Source of the DNA: an uncultured Actinomycetota bacterium
GTDB lineage: Bacteria; Actinomycetota; Actinomycetes; JAHEKZ01
Direction of reading: 5' to 3'
Length of the DNA stretch: 64,000 nucleotides
Assembly: GCA_963718235.1 (NCBI GenBank)
Contig: CAVQYR010000002.1
Span: 672,001-736,000 of the forward strand
In this document: piece by piece, positions 33,025-42,571 of the stretch
Position numbering within the stretch: the first letter of the stretch is position 1
Layout of the letters: each line of letters begins with the position of its first letter
Made by a program: the position numbers and the translations under genes
Notes under the pieces: generated by a model
What the model was told of the DNA's origin: nothing
What the model saw: the letters and a program-made list of their open reading frames with translations, nothing else
Databases searched by the model: none

Positions 33025-33492
33025 TCAGCGCGGCTGCCAGGCCTGCGGGGTGTGGGTGAGCGCGACCACGTGGTCGGGCAGGGTGCCGTGGGCGATGTCG
33101 GCCAGGGTCACGTGGTCCAGGACGCCGCGCAGCGCTGCGCGTGTGGCGACCCACACGTCCTGCAGCTTCTCGGCCGGTCCCTCGTAGCTGGCGGCCTCGG
33201 GGCGGTCGCCCCGCACCTCGGCCAGGGGCCCGTCCAGGGCGCGCACGACGTCGGCCACGGTCACCGTCTCGGCCGGCTTGGCCAGGCGGTAGCCACCCGC
33301 GGCACCGCGCCGGCTGGTCACGATGCCCGCCTGCCGCAGCTGGCGCAGGATCCCCTCGAGGAAGCGGGCCGGGATCTGCTGGCTCTCGGCGAGGGCATCT
33401 CCCTTGAAGAGCGCCGTCGGGTCGGCCTCGCCGGCTGCGGCGATCTCGAGGAGGGCGCGCATGGCGTAGTCGACCTTGGCAGAGACGTGCAT
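33025..33492 (-). CDS. Rrf2-family transcriptional regulator with no Cys (CymR-like)
   Basis: SAKVDYAMRAL and SRRGAAGGYRLA. Confidence 0.9.
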   Translation of the reverse strand: MHVSAKVDYAMRALLEIAAAGEADPTALFKGDALAESQQIPARFLEGILRQLRQAGIVTSRRGAAGGYRLAKPAETVTVADVVRALDGPLAEVRGDRPEAASYEGPAEKLQDVWVATRAALRGVLDHVTLADIAHGTLPDHVVALTHTPQAWQPR

Positions 33493-33565
33493 CGTGCCAT
33501 TCTTGCCTCGTCGTGCCTGAATCCGCACGGCAGGTGGGGAAATGCCCGGCCCGGACCCTGCGCGA

Positions 33566-34411
33566 CTAGTCGTCGATGGCCAGGCCACGACGTCTCCGCA
33601 GGCTGCGCGACACCGAGGTGAAGATCCCGTCCACCAGCATCCCGATGATCAAGATGGCCAACATGGTCGCGAGCAGCAGCGATGCCTTGTTGAACTGGCG
33701 GGCGAACTCCAGCTGGGTGCCCAAGGCCGGCCGCTGGGCGATGATCACGAGCAGCTCGCCGGCCATCAGGCTGCGCCAGGCGAAGGCCCAGCCCTGGTTC
33801 AGGCCGGAGACATACGACGGCAGCGCTGCCGGGAGCACGATGAACCGGTAGAGCGACACGCCCCGAGCGCCAAGCACCCGACCGAGCCGGAGGAACTGCG
33901 GGGGGATGTGGTCGATGCCGGAGATGACCCCGTTGGCGATGCTGGGGGCCGCGCCCAGGACGACGACGAAGAAGATGGCGCTCTCGCTGAACCCGAAGAG
34001 CAGGATGGCGAGCGGGAACCAGGCGATCGAGGGCATGGTCTGCAGCCCGGTGATGAGCGAACCGATGGCCATCCGCAGTGTCCGGACGCGCCCGACCAGG
34101 ACCCCCACGAGGGTGCCCAGGACCAGGGCGAAGCAGAACCCGGTGACCGCACGACGCATGGTCGTGGCGACCGCCTCCCAGAACCTCGCGGTCTGCATGA
34201 GCTCCCAGAGGTCGGCCAGGACGACGGTGGGACCAGGCAGCACGTAGGGGGGCCGCCATCCGGACCAGACCACCAGCTGCCAGACACCGAGCACGATCCC
34301 GATGGCCAGGGCCTTGGGCCAGACCCACCCCCAGACCCTGGCGCTCAGGTGCGCGCCGGACTTCTGGGTCGGGGGAGTGTCGACGATGGGAGTGAGCACG
34401 TCAGCCGACAT
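33566..34411 (-). CDS. ssuC: Sulfonate/nitrate/taurine-type ABC permease
   Basis: LQTMPSIAW and WRSLMAGEL; multiple TMs. Confidence 0.85.
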   Translation of the reverse strand: MSADVLTPIVDTPPTQKSGAHLSARVWGWVWPKALAIGIVLGVWQLVVWSGWRPPYVLPGPTVVLADLWELMQTARFWEAVATTMRRAVTGFCFALVLGTLVGVLVGRVRTLRMAIGSLITGLQTMPSIAWFPLAILLFGFSESAIFFVVVLGAAPSIANGVISGIDHIPPQFLRLGRVLGARGVSLYRFIVLPAALPSYVSGLNQGWAFAWRSLMAGELLVIIAQRPALGTQLEFARQFNKASLLLATMLAILIIGMLVDGIFTSVSRSLRRRRGLAIDD

Positions 34412-35189
34412 GGGCGGACACCTCCTGGGACAGCGCACCGGTGAGGTCCGCGGCGTACTCGGCCACCTCGGCCGAGTCGATGGTTCGTGGTCGGTGCAGC
34501 GTGATCCGCTCGTCACGCTTGACCCGACCGGGGCGGGAGGAGAGCAGGACGACCCGGTCGCCGAGGCGGACCGCCTCGCGCATGTTGTGGGTGACGAACA
34601 GCACGGTCAGGCCGAGCCCGGACCAGATCCGCTCGATCTCGTCGTGCATCTTGTCGCGGGTCATGGCATCGAGAGCGCCCAGCGGCTCATCCATCAGCAC
34701 GATCGTGGCCTCCTGGGCCAGCACCCGCGCCAGCGAGACGCGCTGCTTCATGCCGCCGGACAGCTCGTGCGGACGTTTGTCCTCGAAGCCGTTGAGGTTC
34801 ACCATGTCCAGCAGGTCCTGAGCGCGGGCCCCGCGACGTTCGCGCGGCACCCCGCTGAGGCGCAGGGCCAGGTCGACGTTCTGCCTGGCGGTGAGCCAGG
34901 GGAGCAACGTGGCCTCCTGGAACATGAACGAGACCTTGCCATTCACGTCGATCGTCCCCGACGTGGGCTTCTCCAGCCCGGCGATGAGGTTGAGCATGGT
35001 GCTCTTGCCGCACCCGGACGCACCGACCACGGTGACGAACTGACCGGCGTCGACGGTGAGGTCGACGTCCTGCAGGGCCACGGTGGCGTCCGGACCTGAG
35101 CCGAACACCTTGGTGACGTCAGCGAGCCGCAGGGCGGGTGCCCCCGACCGATGAGGGGTCGGAGGCACCGAGGCGGGGGTGATGGTCAC
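34401..35189 (-). CDS. ssuB: Sulfonate/nitrate/taurine-type ABC ATPase
   Basis: GASGCGKST, LSGGMKQR, LMDEP and VTH. Confidence 0.88.
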   Translation of the reverse strand: MTITPASVPPTPHRSGAPALRLADVTKVFGSGPDATVALQDVDLTVDAGQFVTVVGASGCGKSTMLNLIAGLEKPTSGTIDVNGKVSFMFQEATLLPWLTARQNVDLALRLSGVPRERRGARAQDLLDMVNLNGFEDKRPHELSGGMKQRVSLARVLAQEATIVLMDEPLGALDAMTRDKMHDEIERIWSGLGLTVLFVTHNMREAVRLGDRVVLLSSRPGRVKRDERITLHRPRTIDSAEVAEYAADLTGALSQEVSAHVG

Positions 35190-36294
35190 AGGGTCACCTC
35201 GGGCTGGCCGTCCTGGGCCAGCACCTTGTTCAGCAGGCTCAGGTCGTACAGGTCGTCGAACCCCCCGGCCGCGTCGATCTCGGCCTGGTCGAGCAGTCCG
35301 ACGTCGACCGCGTGCGCTGCGCCCTCGACGAGAGTGGGCTTGAGGGGGTCGTTGGTGAACTCGACCTGCTTCCAAGCCTCGTCGAGGATCGCCTCGTCAT
35401 AGTTGGACCCGGTCAGCGCCAGCAGTCCTGCGTTGAAGTCGACCTTGCTCTGCTTGGGGTCCTTCTTCATGAAGGCGATGGACTGGACGTTGGCCGTGAG
35501 GAACGCCTCGACGACGTCGGGGTGCTCGTCGAGGAAGGCCTGACGGACCACGATGTTCGTCGTGACGAACTTGCCGCCGGGCCACAAGGACTTCTCGTCG
35601 ACCAGGACCTTGCCACCCTCGCGACCAGCGTGGCGACGAAGGGCTCGGGCACCCAGGCACCGTCAATGTCGCCGGACTGGAAGGCAGTCACCGCGTCGGA
35701 GTTCGAGATGTTCTGGATCGACACGTCGCCGCCGCCCTCCAGCGTGGTCTCGTAGCCCTGCTCCTTGAGCCAGTAGCGCAGGGCCACGTCCTGGGTGTTG
35801 CCCAGTTGCGGGGTGGCGATCGTCGTACCGGCGAGATCCTGTGCGGAGGCGATCTCTGGCTTGACGACCAGGGCGGCTCCGGCCGATGCGGCGCCGGAGA
35901 TCACCTTCACGGCCTCGCCCTGGGACTGGGTCCAGGCCGACACCGTCGGGTTCGGGCCGACGAAGGAGATGTCGATCGAGTCGGAGAACAGGGCGTTGAC
36001 CGCGTCCGGGCCGGCGTTGAACAGCTGTGGGGCCACCTTGATGCCCAGCTCGCCGAGGGCGTCCTTGTAGTAGCCCTCCTGGATCCCGACGTAGGCGGGG
36101 GCGTGGGTGAGGTTGGGGAAGAAGCCCAGCCGAAGCGTCGTCAGCTCCTCCGCGGCAGCGGGTGAGTCGGAACCGCCCGCCGAGGGGTCGGCTGACTCCG
36201 AGTCGGAGCTGCAGGCGCTCAGGGCCAGGACACCGAGCAGGGTGAGCGCTACCGCCGTGGTGCGGCTGCGGCGTCGGACGAGACGGGAGATCAT
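35186..36294 (-). CDS. ssuA: SsuA-type ABC substrate-binding lipoprotein, frameshifted near 35620
   Basis: Lipobox LSAC, GFFPNLTHA, PQLGNTQD and WVPEP; continues as EGGKVLVDE in another frame; 1109 bp = 3n-1. Confidence 0.85.
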
Positions 36295-36327
36295 GCGTTC
36301 CTCCTAATAGCAACAATGTCGAGTGGA

Positions 36328-36356
36328 AAACTAGGAAAAGATCTCCCGTAAGTCAA
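36328..36356 (-). promoter_or_regulatory. Housekeeping-sigma promoter of the ssuABC-rrf2 operon
   Basis: TTGACT-N17-TAGTTT on the minus strand; AGGAGG RBS at 36300-36305. Confidence 0.75.
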
Positions 36357-36410
36357 GTGAGGGCTGCTCCGAACGTGTCGCGGGCGTTCGTGACGCCTAC
36401 GCTGCGCGGT

Positions 36411-38102
36411 ATGTCCGAGAACCCGATCGGTGAGGGACGTCGCCGCTGGCGGGAGCGGTACGAGCGCGCGACCCGGGAGGGGGCCCTGGCCGCACCGACG
36501 ACGCTGTCGGGACAGGACCTCGAACCCGTCTACGGTCCCGGCGAGTCCTCGCCCGAGGCTGCCTTCACCCGGATCGGCTGGCCGGGAGAGTTCCCCTTCA
36601 CCCGGGGGATCCACTCCACCGGCTACCGCGGCAAGCCGTGGACGATCCGGCAGTTCGCCGGGTTCGGGGACGCAGCGGCCACCAACGCCCGGTTCAAGGA
36701 CCTGCTGGACGGCGGCGGCGCCGGGCTGAGTGTCGCGTTCGACATGCCCACCCTGATGGGGCGGGACTCCGACGACCCGCTGGCGCTGGGGGAGGTCGGG
36801 CACTGCGGCGTCGCTGTCGACTCAACCGCCGACCTGGAGACCCTGTTCGACGGGATCCCGCTCGACGAGGTGACCACGTCGATGACGATCAGCGGCCCGG
36901 CCGTGCCCTTGTTCTGCTGCTACGTCGTGGCCGCCGAACGGCAGGGAGTGGCATCGCGCGACCTCGCGGGAACCCTGCAGACCGACATCTTCAAGGAGTA
37001 CATCGCGCAGAACGAGTGGCTGTTTCCTCCCGAGCCCCACCTGCGGCTGATCGGTGACCTCATGCAGTGGTGCCACGACGAGGCACCCTCGTTCAACCCG
37101 ATCAGCGTCAGCGGCTACCACATCCGTGAGGCCGGGGCGACGGCGGTCCAGGAGCTTGCGTTCACCCTGGCCGATGGGTTCGGCTACGTCGAGCTCGGCC
37201 TGTCCCGAGGGCTGCCGGTCGACGACTTCGCCCGACGACTCACCTTCTTCTTCGACGCGCACATCGACTTCTTCGAGGAGATCGCCAAGTTCCGGGCGGC
37301 TCGACGGATCTGGGCGCGGTGGGTGCGCGACCACTTCGGCGCCGTCGACGAACACGCGCAGTGGCTGAAGTTCCACACCCAGACGGCCGGGGTGTCACTC
37401 ACCGCGCAGCAGCCGGACAACAACATCGTCCGGACCGCGGTCGAGGCGCTGGCCGCAGTGCTCGGCGGGACGAACTCGCTGCACACCAACGCCCTGGACG
37501 AGGTGTTCGCACTCCCCAGCGACCACGCCGCGGCGGTGGCCCTTCGCACGCAGCACGTCATCGCCGAGGAGACCGGGGTGGCCTCGGTCATCGACCCACT
37601 CGGTGGCTCGTGGTACGTCGAGGCGCTCACCGACCGCATGGAGCAGGAGGCCGAGCAGATCTTCAGACAGATCCTCGACCTGGGCGGCGACGGGACGTTC
37701 ACGTCCGGAATCCTGGGCGGGATCGAACAGGGCTGGTTCACCCGTGAGATCGCCGAGTCGGCGTTCGCGTACCAGCGCGCGCTGGAGGGCGGTGACAAGC
37801 GCGTGGTCGGGGTGAACATCCACGGGTCGAGGGACGACCGCGAGGTCGACATCCTGCGCATCTCCCCGCAGGTCGAGCAGGACCAGCGGGACCGGCTGGA
37901 GGCCCGACGACGAGGCAGGGACATCGACTCGCTGGAGACGGCCCTGGAAGCCCTCGCCCTGGCTGCGGGAGACCCTGCTCCTCAGGGCCCCAACCTGGTG
38001 CCGCTGCTCCTCGACGCGGCTCGGGCGGAGGCCACGCTCGGCGAGATGTGCGACGTGCTGCGCGGGGTCTGGGGCGGGTACACGCCCGCCGAGCCCTGGT
38101 AG
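36411..38102 (+). CDS. icmA: Acyl-CoA mutase large subunit, isobutyryl-CoA mutase type
   Basis: WTIRQFAGFG (Phe for MCM Tyr89) and KEYIAQ (Gln for MCM Arg207); no B12-binding domain. Confidence 0.85.
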   Translation: MSENPIGEGRRRWRERYERATREGALAAPTTLSGQDLEPVYGPGESSPEAAFTRIGWPGEFPFTRGIHSTGYRGKPWTIRQFAGFGDAAATNARFKDLLDGGGAGLSVAFDMPTLMGRDSDDPLALGEVGHCGVAVDSTADLETLFDGIPLDEVTTSMTISGPAVPLFCCYVVAAERQGVASRDLAGTLQTDIFKEYIAQNEWLFPPEPHLRLIGDLMQWCHDEAPSFNPISVSGYHIREAGATAVQELAFTLADGFGYVELGLSRGLPVDDFARRLTFFFDAHIDFFEEIAKFRAARRIWARWVRDHFGAVDEHAQWLKFHTQTAGVSLTAQQPDNNIVRTAVEALAAVLGGTNSLHTNALDEVFALPSDHAAAVALRTQHVIAEETGVASVIDPLGGSWYVEALTDRMEQEAEQIFRQILDLGGDGTFTSGILGGIEQGWFTREIAESAFAYQRALEGGDKRVVGVNIHGSRDDREVDILRISPQVEQDQRDRLEARRRGRDIDSLETALEALALAAGDPAPQGPNLVPLLLDAARAEATLGEMCDVLRGVWGGYTPAEPW

Positions 38103-38126
38103 GCGGCGATCAGTGACAATGGCTCC

Positions 38127-39104
38127 ATGACCCAGCAGTTCGGATCTTCCGGTCCTGTCCACGGTGGCGCTCCTGGCGCGGTCCCCGGTCCCGGCTCGCT
38201 TCCAGCTTCGGTCCCCGGGGTCGTCGACCTCGCGGCACTGGCCGAGGCCCGTCAGGTGCAGCAGCAGGCTGCCGAGGCCCGATCCGGGCTGCAGGCACGA
38301 GCCGGCGCAGCCGGTGTGAACGGCCCGGTGGTCGTCGACGTCTCGGAGACCACCTTCGAGGCCGACGTGATGCAACGGTCGATGACCACCCCGGTGCTGA
38401 TCGACTTCTGGGCCTCGTGGTGCCAGCCGTGCAAGCAGCTCAGCCCGGTGCTGGAGAAGCTGGCCGTCGACGACGGGGGTGCCTGGGTGCTCGCCAAGGT
38501 CGACGTCGACGCGAACCCGCAGCTGTCGGCGGCCGCCCAGGTGCAGTCCATCCCCACGGTGATGGTGGTCTGGCAGGGCCAGGTCATCCCTGGCTTCCAG
38601 GGGGCGCTGCCGGAGCCGCAGGTCCGCCTCTTCGTCGACGAGGTGCTCGCGTTGGCCGGACGCACCGACTCCGACGTCGTCCCTGAGGTCGTCGACCCCG
38701 CGTTGGAGGAGGCCGAGAACGCTCTCCTCGCCGATGACCTCGACACGGCCGCGGCTGCGTACGAACGCCTGCTCGCCGAGCGGCCGGGGGATGCCGAGGC
38801 ATCGGCCGGGCTCTCTCGGGTGAGGCTGATGCAGCGCACGAGCGACGTCGACGTCGCTGCCGTCCGAGCCGCGGCAGCGGCTGACCCGTCCGACGTCACG
38901 GCCCAGCAGTCGGCGGCCGACCTCGACCTCCTGGACGGTGACGTGGAAGGCGCGATCGACCGGCTGCTGGCCGCCGTCCGGGCCACGTCCGGCAGCGAGC
39001 GCGACCAGGCCCGCGATGCTCTGCTCGCGCTGTTCGCCATCGTCGGCGACGACGACCCTCTCGTCCTGGCCGGACGCCGGCAGCTGTCCAACGCGTTGTT
39101 CTGA
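38127..39104 (+). CDS. Thioredoxin-TPR chaperedoxin (YbbN/CnoX-like)
   Basis: DFWASWCQPC, SIPTV and C-terminal RRQLSNALF. Confidence 0.9.
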   Translation: MTQQFGSSGPVHGGAPGAVPGPGSLPASVPGVVDLAALAEARQVQQQAAEARSGLQARAGAAGVNGPVVVDVSETTFEADVMQRSMTTPVLIDFWASWCQPCKQLSPVLEKLAVDDGGAWVLAKVDVDANPQLSAAAQVQSIPTVMVVWQGQVIPGFQGALPEPQVRLFVDEVLALAGRTDSDVVPEVVDPALEEAENALLADDLDTAAAAYERLLAERPGDAEASAGLSRVRLMQRTSDVDVAAVRAAAAADPSDVTAQQSAADLDLLDGDVEGAIDRLLAAVRATSGSERDQARDALLALFAIVGDDDPLVLAGRRQLSNALF

Positions 39105-39234
39105 CCTCCCCGGGACGATGTCCCGTCCGGCTCGAGGCACCCGTTCACCCGTTCGCAGCAGGCGTTCGCCCGGACGGACTAGCAAGCGACGCGGGCTCCA
39201 CCGCCGATCCTCGGGATGGCGGAGGAGGACGTAG

Positions 39235-40041
39235 ATGGCTCGGGGACGTACCACGGTCGGCGCACTGGCGCTGGTCGCTGCAGCTGCGCTGGCTGCTGTC
39301 GTGGTGCCGCTCGGCTCCGGTCCTCAGTCGGCGCAGGCCGGTGGTGACACCTTCGACATCACCCGGTGGACCGACCCCAAGGGCGGTTCCCACGTGGTGC
39401 GGTGGGACCCGTGCCAGACGGTCACCTACGCCGTGAACGTTCGCAGGGCCGGGGCGACGCCGCAGGCTCGCCAGGGTGCGCTGCACGACGTCCGCGAGGC
39501 CGTGAGCCGCGCGGCCTCGCGCACCGGCCTGTCGTTCCGGTTCGTCGGGACCACCGGTGAGGTGCCGCGCGACTCCGGGGGCTCCTCGTGGTCACAGCGC
39601 CAGAGCGCGGCCGAGCTCGTGATCGCCTGGGTCGACCCGGACTCCGGCACCTACGGATCCAACCTGCTGTCCCAGGTCGGCGGCCGGTACGCGTCCGGCA
39701 CCGGAGGATGGGCGTGGCGGGCGTGGACGAACGGCTCGGGACAGTGGCGCCTGGCGATCGGTCGGGGCTTCGTCGTCATCAACGCCGACCACAACGGCTC
39801 GTACCGGCGCGGGTTCGGTCGGGGGACGACGCGCGGTGCGCTCCTGCTCCACGAGATCGGGCACGCGCTGGGGCTGAACCATGTCGGGGCCACCGACGAG
39901 CTCATGTACCCGACCATGCTGCGCCGCTCACACAGCACGTACAAGGACGGCGACCAGCGGGGGCTGCGCAAGCTCGGTCGCTCCGCGGGCTGCATCGGCG
40001 TGACCGACTCGGTCTGGAGCCCGCTGCCCAAGCACGGCTGA
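39235..40041 (+). CDS. Secreted matrixin-like (metzincin) metalloprotease
   Basis: Signal peptide; HEIGHALGLNH and Met-turn LMYP. Confidence 0.88.
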   Translation: MARGRTTVGALALVAAAALAAVVVPLGSGPQSAQAGGDTFDITRWTDPKGGSHVVRWDPCQTVTYAVNVRRAGATPQARQGALHDVREAVSRAASRTGLSFRFVGTTGEVPRDSGGSSWSQRQSAAELVIAWVDPDSGTYGSNLLSQVGGRYASGTGGWAWRAWTNGSGQWRLAIGRGFVVINADHNGSYRRGFGRGTTRGALLLHEIGHALGLNHVGATDELMYPTMLRRSHSTYKDGDQRGLRKLGRSAGCIGVTDSVWSPLPKHG

Positions 40042-40056
40042 GCCGGCCACTGGTGG

Positions 40057-41559
40057 TCAGCCGCGCTCGACCGCCGTGCCGAGCAGACCCAGCGGGGGAC
40101 TGCCGAGGTCCAGCAGCGCCTCGTGGAAGCGGGGCAGCGTGAACCGCTCACCCCATGCACGTCGGGCCTGTTCCCGGCGCTTGGTGATCTCCAGCTTGCC
40201 CCACGTGTAGATGCCGTAGCCGGGGTCGAACGTGCCCCGTTGGGCCTCGGCCCGGGCTGCGGAGTGGCCCAGCAGTGCGTCGCGCTCGAAGCACCGGGTC
40301 GCCTCGTCGACGTCCATCGAACCGGTGTGCAGCCCGATCGCGCACGACAGCCGGGCCACCCGGCACAGGGCCTCGAGGGCGACGCCGACGGTGTACGCGG
40401 GGTCCCCGTCGCGAAAGCCCTCGTCGATGACTGCCTCCTCGACGTAGTGGGCCCAGCCTTCGGCGAACGCGGCACCGATCAGGTTGCGCCTCACCTCGCC
40501 GCGGGCGCGGCGCAGCGCCCGGCCGTGCGAGTAGTGCCCTGGCGCGACCTCGTGCACGGTGATGGCCGGCAGCGACGCGCTGTTGAACATGGCCATCCAC
40601 TGGCGCTGCTCGTCGGTGCTCCAGCTCGCGTCGGGTGGGGTGATGCCGTAGAGGGACGGACCGTCCTGCTCCCCGGGCGCGGCCCAGGCCATCATGGCCA
40701 CGGCCCACCGACGCGACTCGGGGGCGATCTCGACCAGGAGCTCGCCGTCGGTCGGCGCGAGGTCGTGGGCGCGGGTGAAGGCCATCACCTCCGCACTGAC
40801 CAGCCGGGCCTGCTCGACGACCTGGTCGGGGTCGGGCTGGTCGGCCATCAGCTCTGCGACCACGGCGTGCACCGGGCGTGCGTCGTCGATCCGGGCCACC
40901 GCAGCTGTGAGCAGGTCGGACAGCCGGGCCCGTTCGCGCTCGGCCTGGACGGCCCACGCCTCGACGTCGAACTCCAGGGCCTCGGCGCTGCTCATCAGGC
41001 GCCCGAGCGCGCCGGCTCCGAGCGCGACGTCGGGATCGCCGTCGACCGCGAGGCCGCGCAGGTGCTCCACCAGTCGGCGGTGGGCCTTCAGCGCCCGTTC
41101 GACGACGGGGTCGGCCGGGTCGCCGATGCCGGCAGCCAGCCCGACGGTAGGCCCGTCGAGGAAGGCCGCCACCGGTGCCGGGACCTCGTCCAGGGCCTCG
41201 ATGGCTGCGTCGACCCCGTCGGGCCAGTGGGTCAGGTGGTCGCGTCGCGCGGCCGCGCGCACGTCCGGCGGCGCGTAGGCGCGGTCGTAGCAGGCGAGGT
41301 CGAGGTTGGACAGGTGCAGCAGCGGGTTGCGCCGGTGCAGCCTGAGCTCTCCGAGCTGGACCCGCAGCGCCGCCTCGTGGGCGGACACGTGGGCCTCGTC
41401 GTGCGAATCCGGGAGGGCCGGCCCGCCGAGGGCGGCCAGCCCACTGCTCACGCCTGAGGGTGAGAGGTCCTGGACCACGCCGTCGTACTCGTGGCGTCCG
41501 GCCTCCTCGCGGGCGGAGGGCACGGTCAGGTCGAGCACGCGGCGCACACGAGGTTGCAT
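40057..41559 (-). CDS. DUF885-family putative metallopeptidase (no signal peptide)
   Basis: HEVAPGH, EGWAHYVE, YTWGK and FHEALL.LGS.PL. Confidence 0.85.
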   Translation of the reverse strand: MQPRVRRVLDLTVPSAREEAGRHEYDGVVQDLSPSGVSSGLAALGGPALPDSHDEAHVSAHEAALRVQLGELRLHRRNPLLHLSNLDLACYDRAYAPPDVRAAARRDHLTHWPDGVDAAIEALDEVPAPVAAFLDGPTVGLAAGIGDPADPVVERALKAHRRLVEHLRGLAVDGDPDVALGAGALGRLMSSAEALEFDVEAWAVQAERERARLSDLLTAAVARIDDARPVHAVVAELMADQPDPDQVVEQARLVSAEVMAFTRAHDLAPTDGELLVEIAPESRRWAVAMMAWAAPGEQDGPSLYGITPPDASWSTDEQRQWMAMFNSASLPAITVHEVAPGHYSHGRALRRARGEVRRNLIGAAFAEGWAHYVEEAVIDEGFRDGDPAYTVGVALEALCRVARLSCAIGLHTGSMDVDEATRCFERDALLGHSAARAEAQRGTFDPGYGIYTWGKLEITKRREQARRAWGERFTLPRFHEALLDLGSPPLGLLGTAVERG

Positions 41560-41616
41560 GGGCGAGCAGCCTACGGCCGTGGACCGGTCCGGCCCCGGCG
41601 GTCCCTCGCTGTCGGT

Positions 41617-41630
41617 TGACTGGTCAGTCA
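41617..41630. promoter_or_regulatory. Palindromic TetR-like operator
   Basis: TGACTG-GT-CAGTCA in the divergent DUF885/etfB spacer. Confidence 0.55.
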
Positions 41631-41762
41631 GTTAGCGGATCGGTAGGGTGGGAACCCCGAGACCCCGGGGCGCGAGACACCGGCTAGGCTGAGCCGGAGA
41701 TTGGATCCAATCCGGTCGACCGACGTGGTCCCGGGCGAGCAGTGGAGGTCGGCAGCGCCGCC

Positions 41763-42560
41763 ATGAAGATCGTCGTGTGTGTGAAGCAGGTCCCGGACTC
41801 CTGGGCCGAGAAGAAGCTCGACCCCTCTGACAACACGCTGGACCGCGAAGCGGCCGACGCCGTGGTCAACGAGCTCGACGAGTACGCCGTCGAGGAGGCG
41901 CTGCAGATCCAGGAGCGCCGAGGCGGCGCCGACGTGTGCACGGTCACCGTGCTGACCATGGGTCCAGACAAGGCCACCGAGTCGATCCGCAAGGCCCTGA
42001 GCATGGGCGCTGACGACGCGGTGCACGTCGTCGACGCGGCGCTGCACGGGTCCGACGCCGTCGCGACGTCGCTGGTCCTGGCCACCGCCGTGCAGCGGTT
42101 GGCACCCGACCTCGTCCTCCTCGGGTCGGAGTCCACGGACGCTCGGATGTCCGTCGTTCCCGCCATGGTCGCCGAACGGTTGGGCTGGCCCCAGCTGACC
42201 TTCGCCGGAAAGGTCGACCTCGACGACGCGGGCACGAGCGCGACCGTGCAAAGGCAGACCGACTACGGCTACGACGTCGTGTCCGCGCCGCTGCCTGCGG
42301 TGGTCAGCGTCGTGGAGAAGATCAACGAGCCGCGCTACCCGTCCTTCAAGGGGATCATGGCGGCGAAGAAGAAGTCGGTCGAGACCTTGACCCTCGCCGA
42401 CCTCGGGGTCGCCCCCGAGGAGGTCGGCCTGGCCGGAGCGTGGAGCGAGGTCGATGCCTTCGCCGCCCGCCCGCCACGGCAGGCCGGAACGATCGTGCCC
42501 GACGACGGGGACGGCGGCCTGAAGCTCGCCGAGTTCCTCGCCACGCAGAAGTTCATCTGA
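41763..42560 (+). CDS. etfB: Electron transfer flavoprotein beta subunit
   Basis: MKIVVCVKQVPD, ALSMGAD and NEPRYPSFKGIMAAKKK. Confidence 0.96.
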   Translation: MKIVVCVKQVPDSWAEKKLDPSDNTLDREAADAVVNELDEYAVEEALQIQERRGGADVCTVTVLTMGPDKATESIRKALSMGADDAVHVVDAALHGSDAVATSLVLATAVQRLAPDLVLLGSESTDARMSVVPAMVAERLGWPQLTFAGKVDLDDAGTSATVQRQTDYGYDVVSAPLPAVVSVVEKINEPRYPSFKGIMAAKKKSVETLTLADLGVAPEEVGLAGAWSEVDAFAARPPRQAGTIVPDDGDGGLKLAEFLATQKFI

Positions 42561-42571
42561 GGAGCCCTTCG

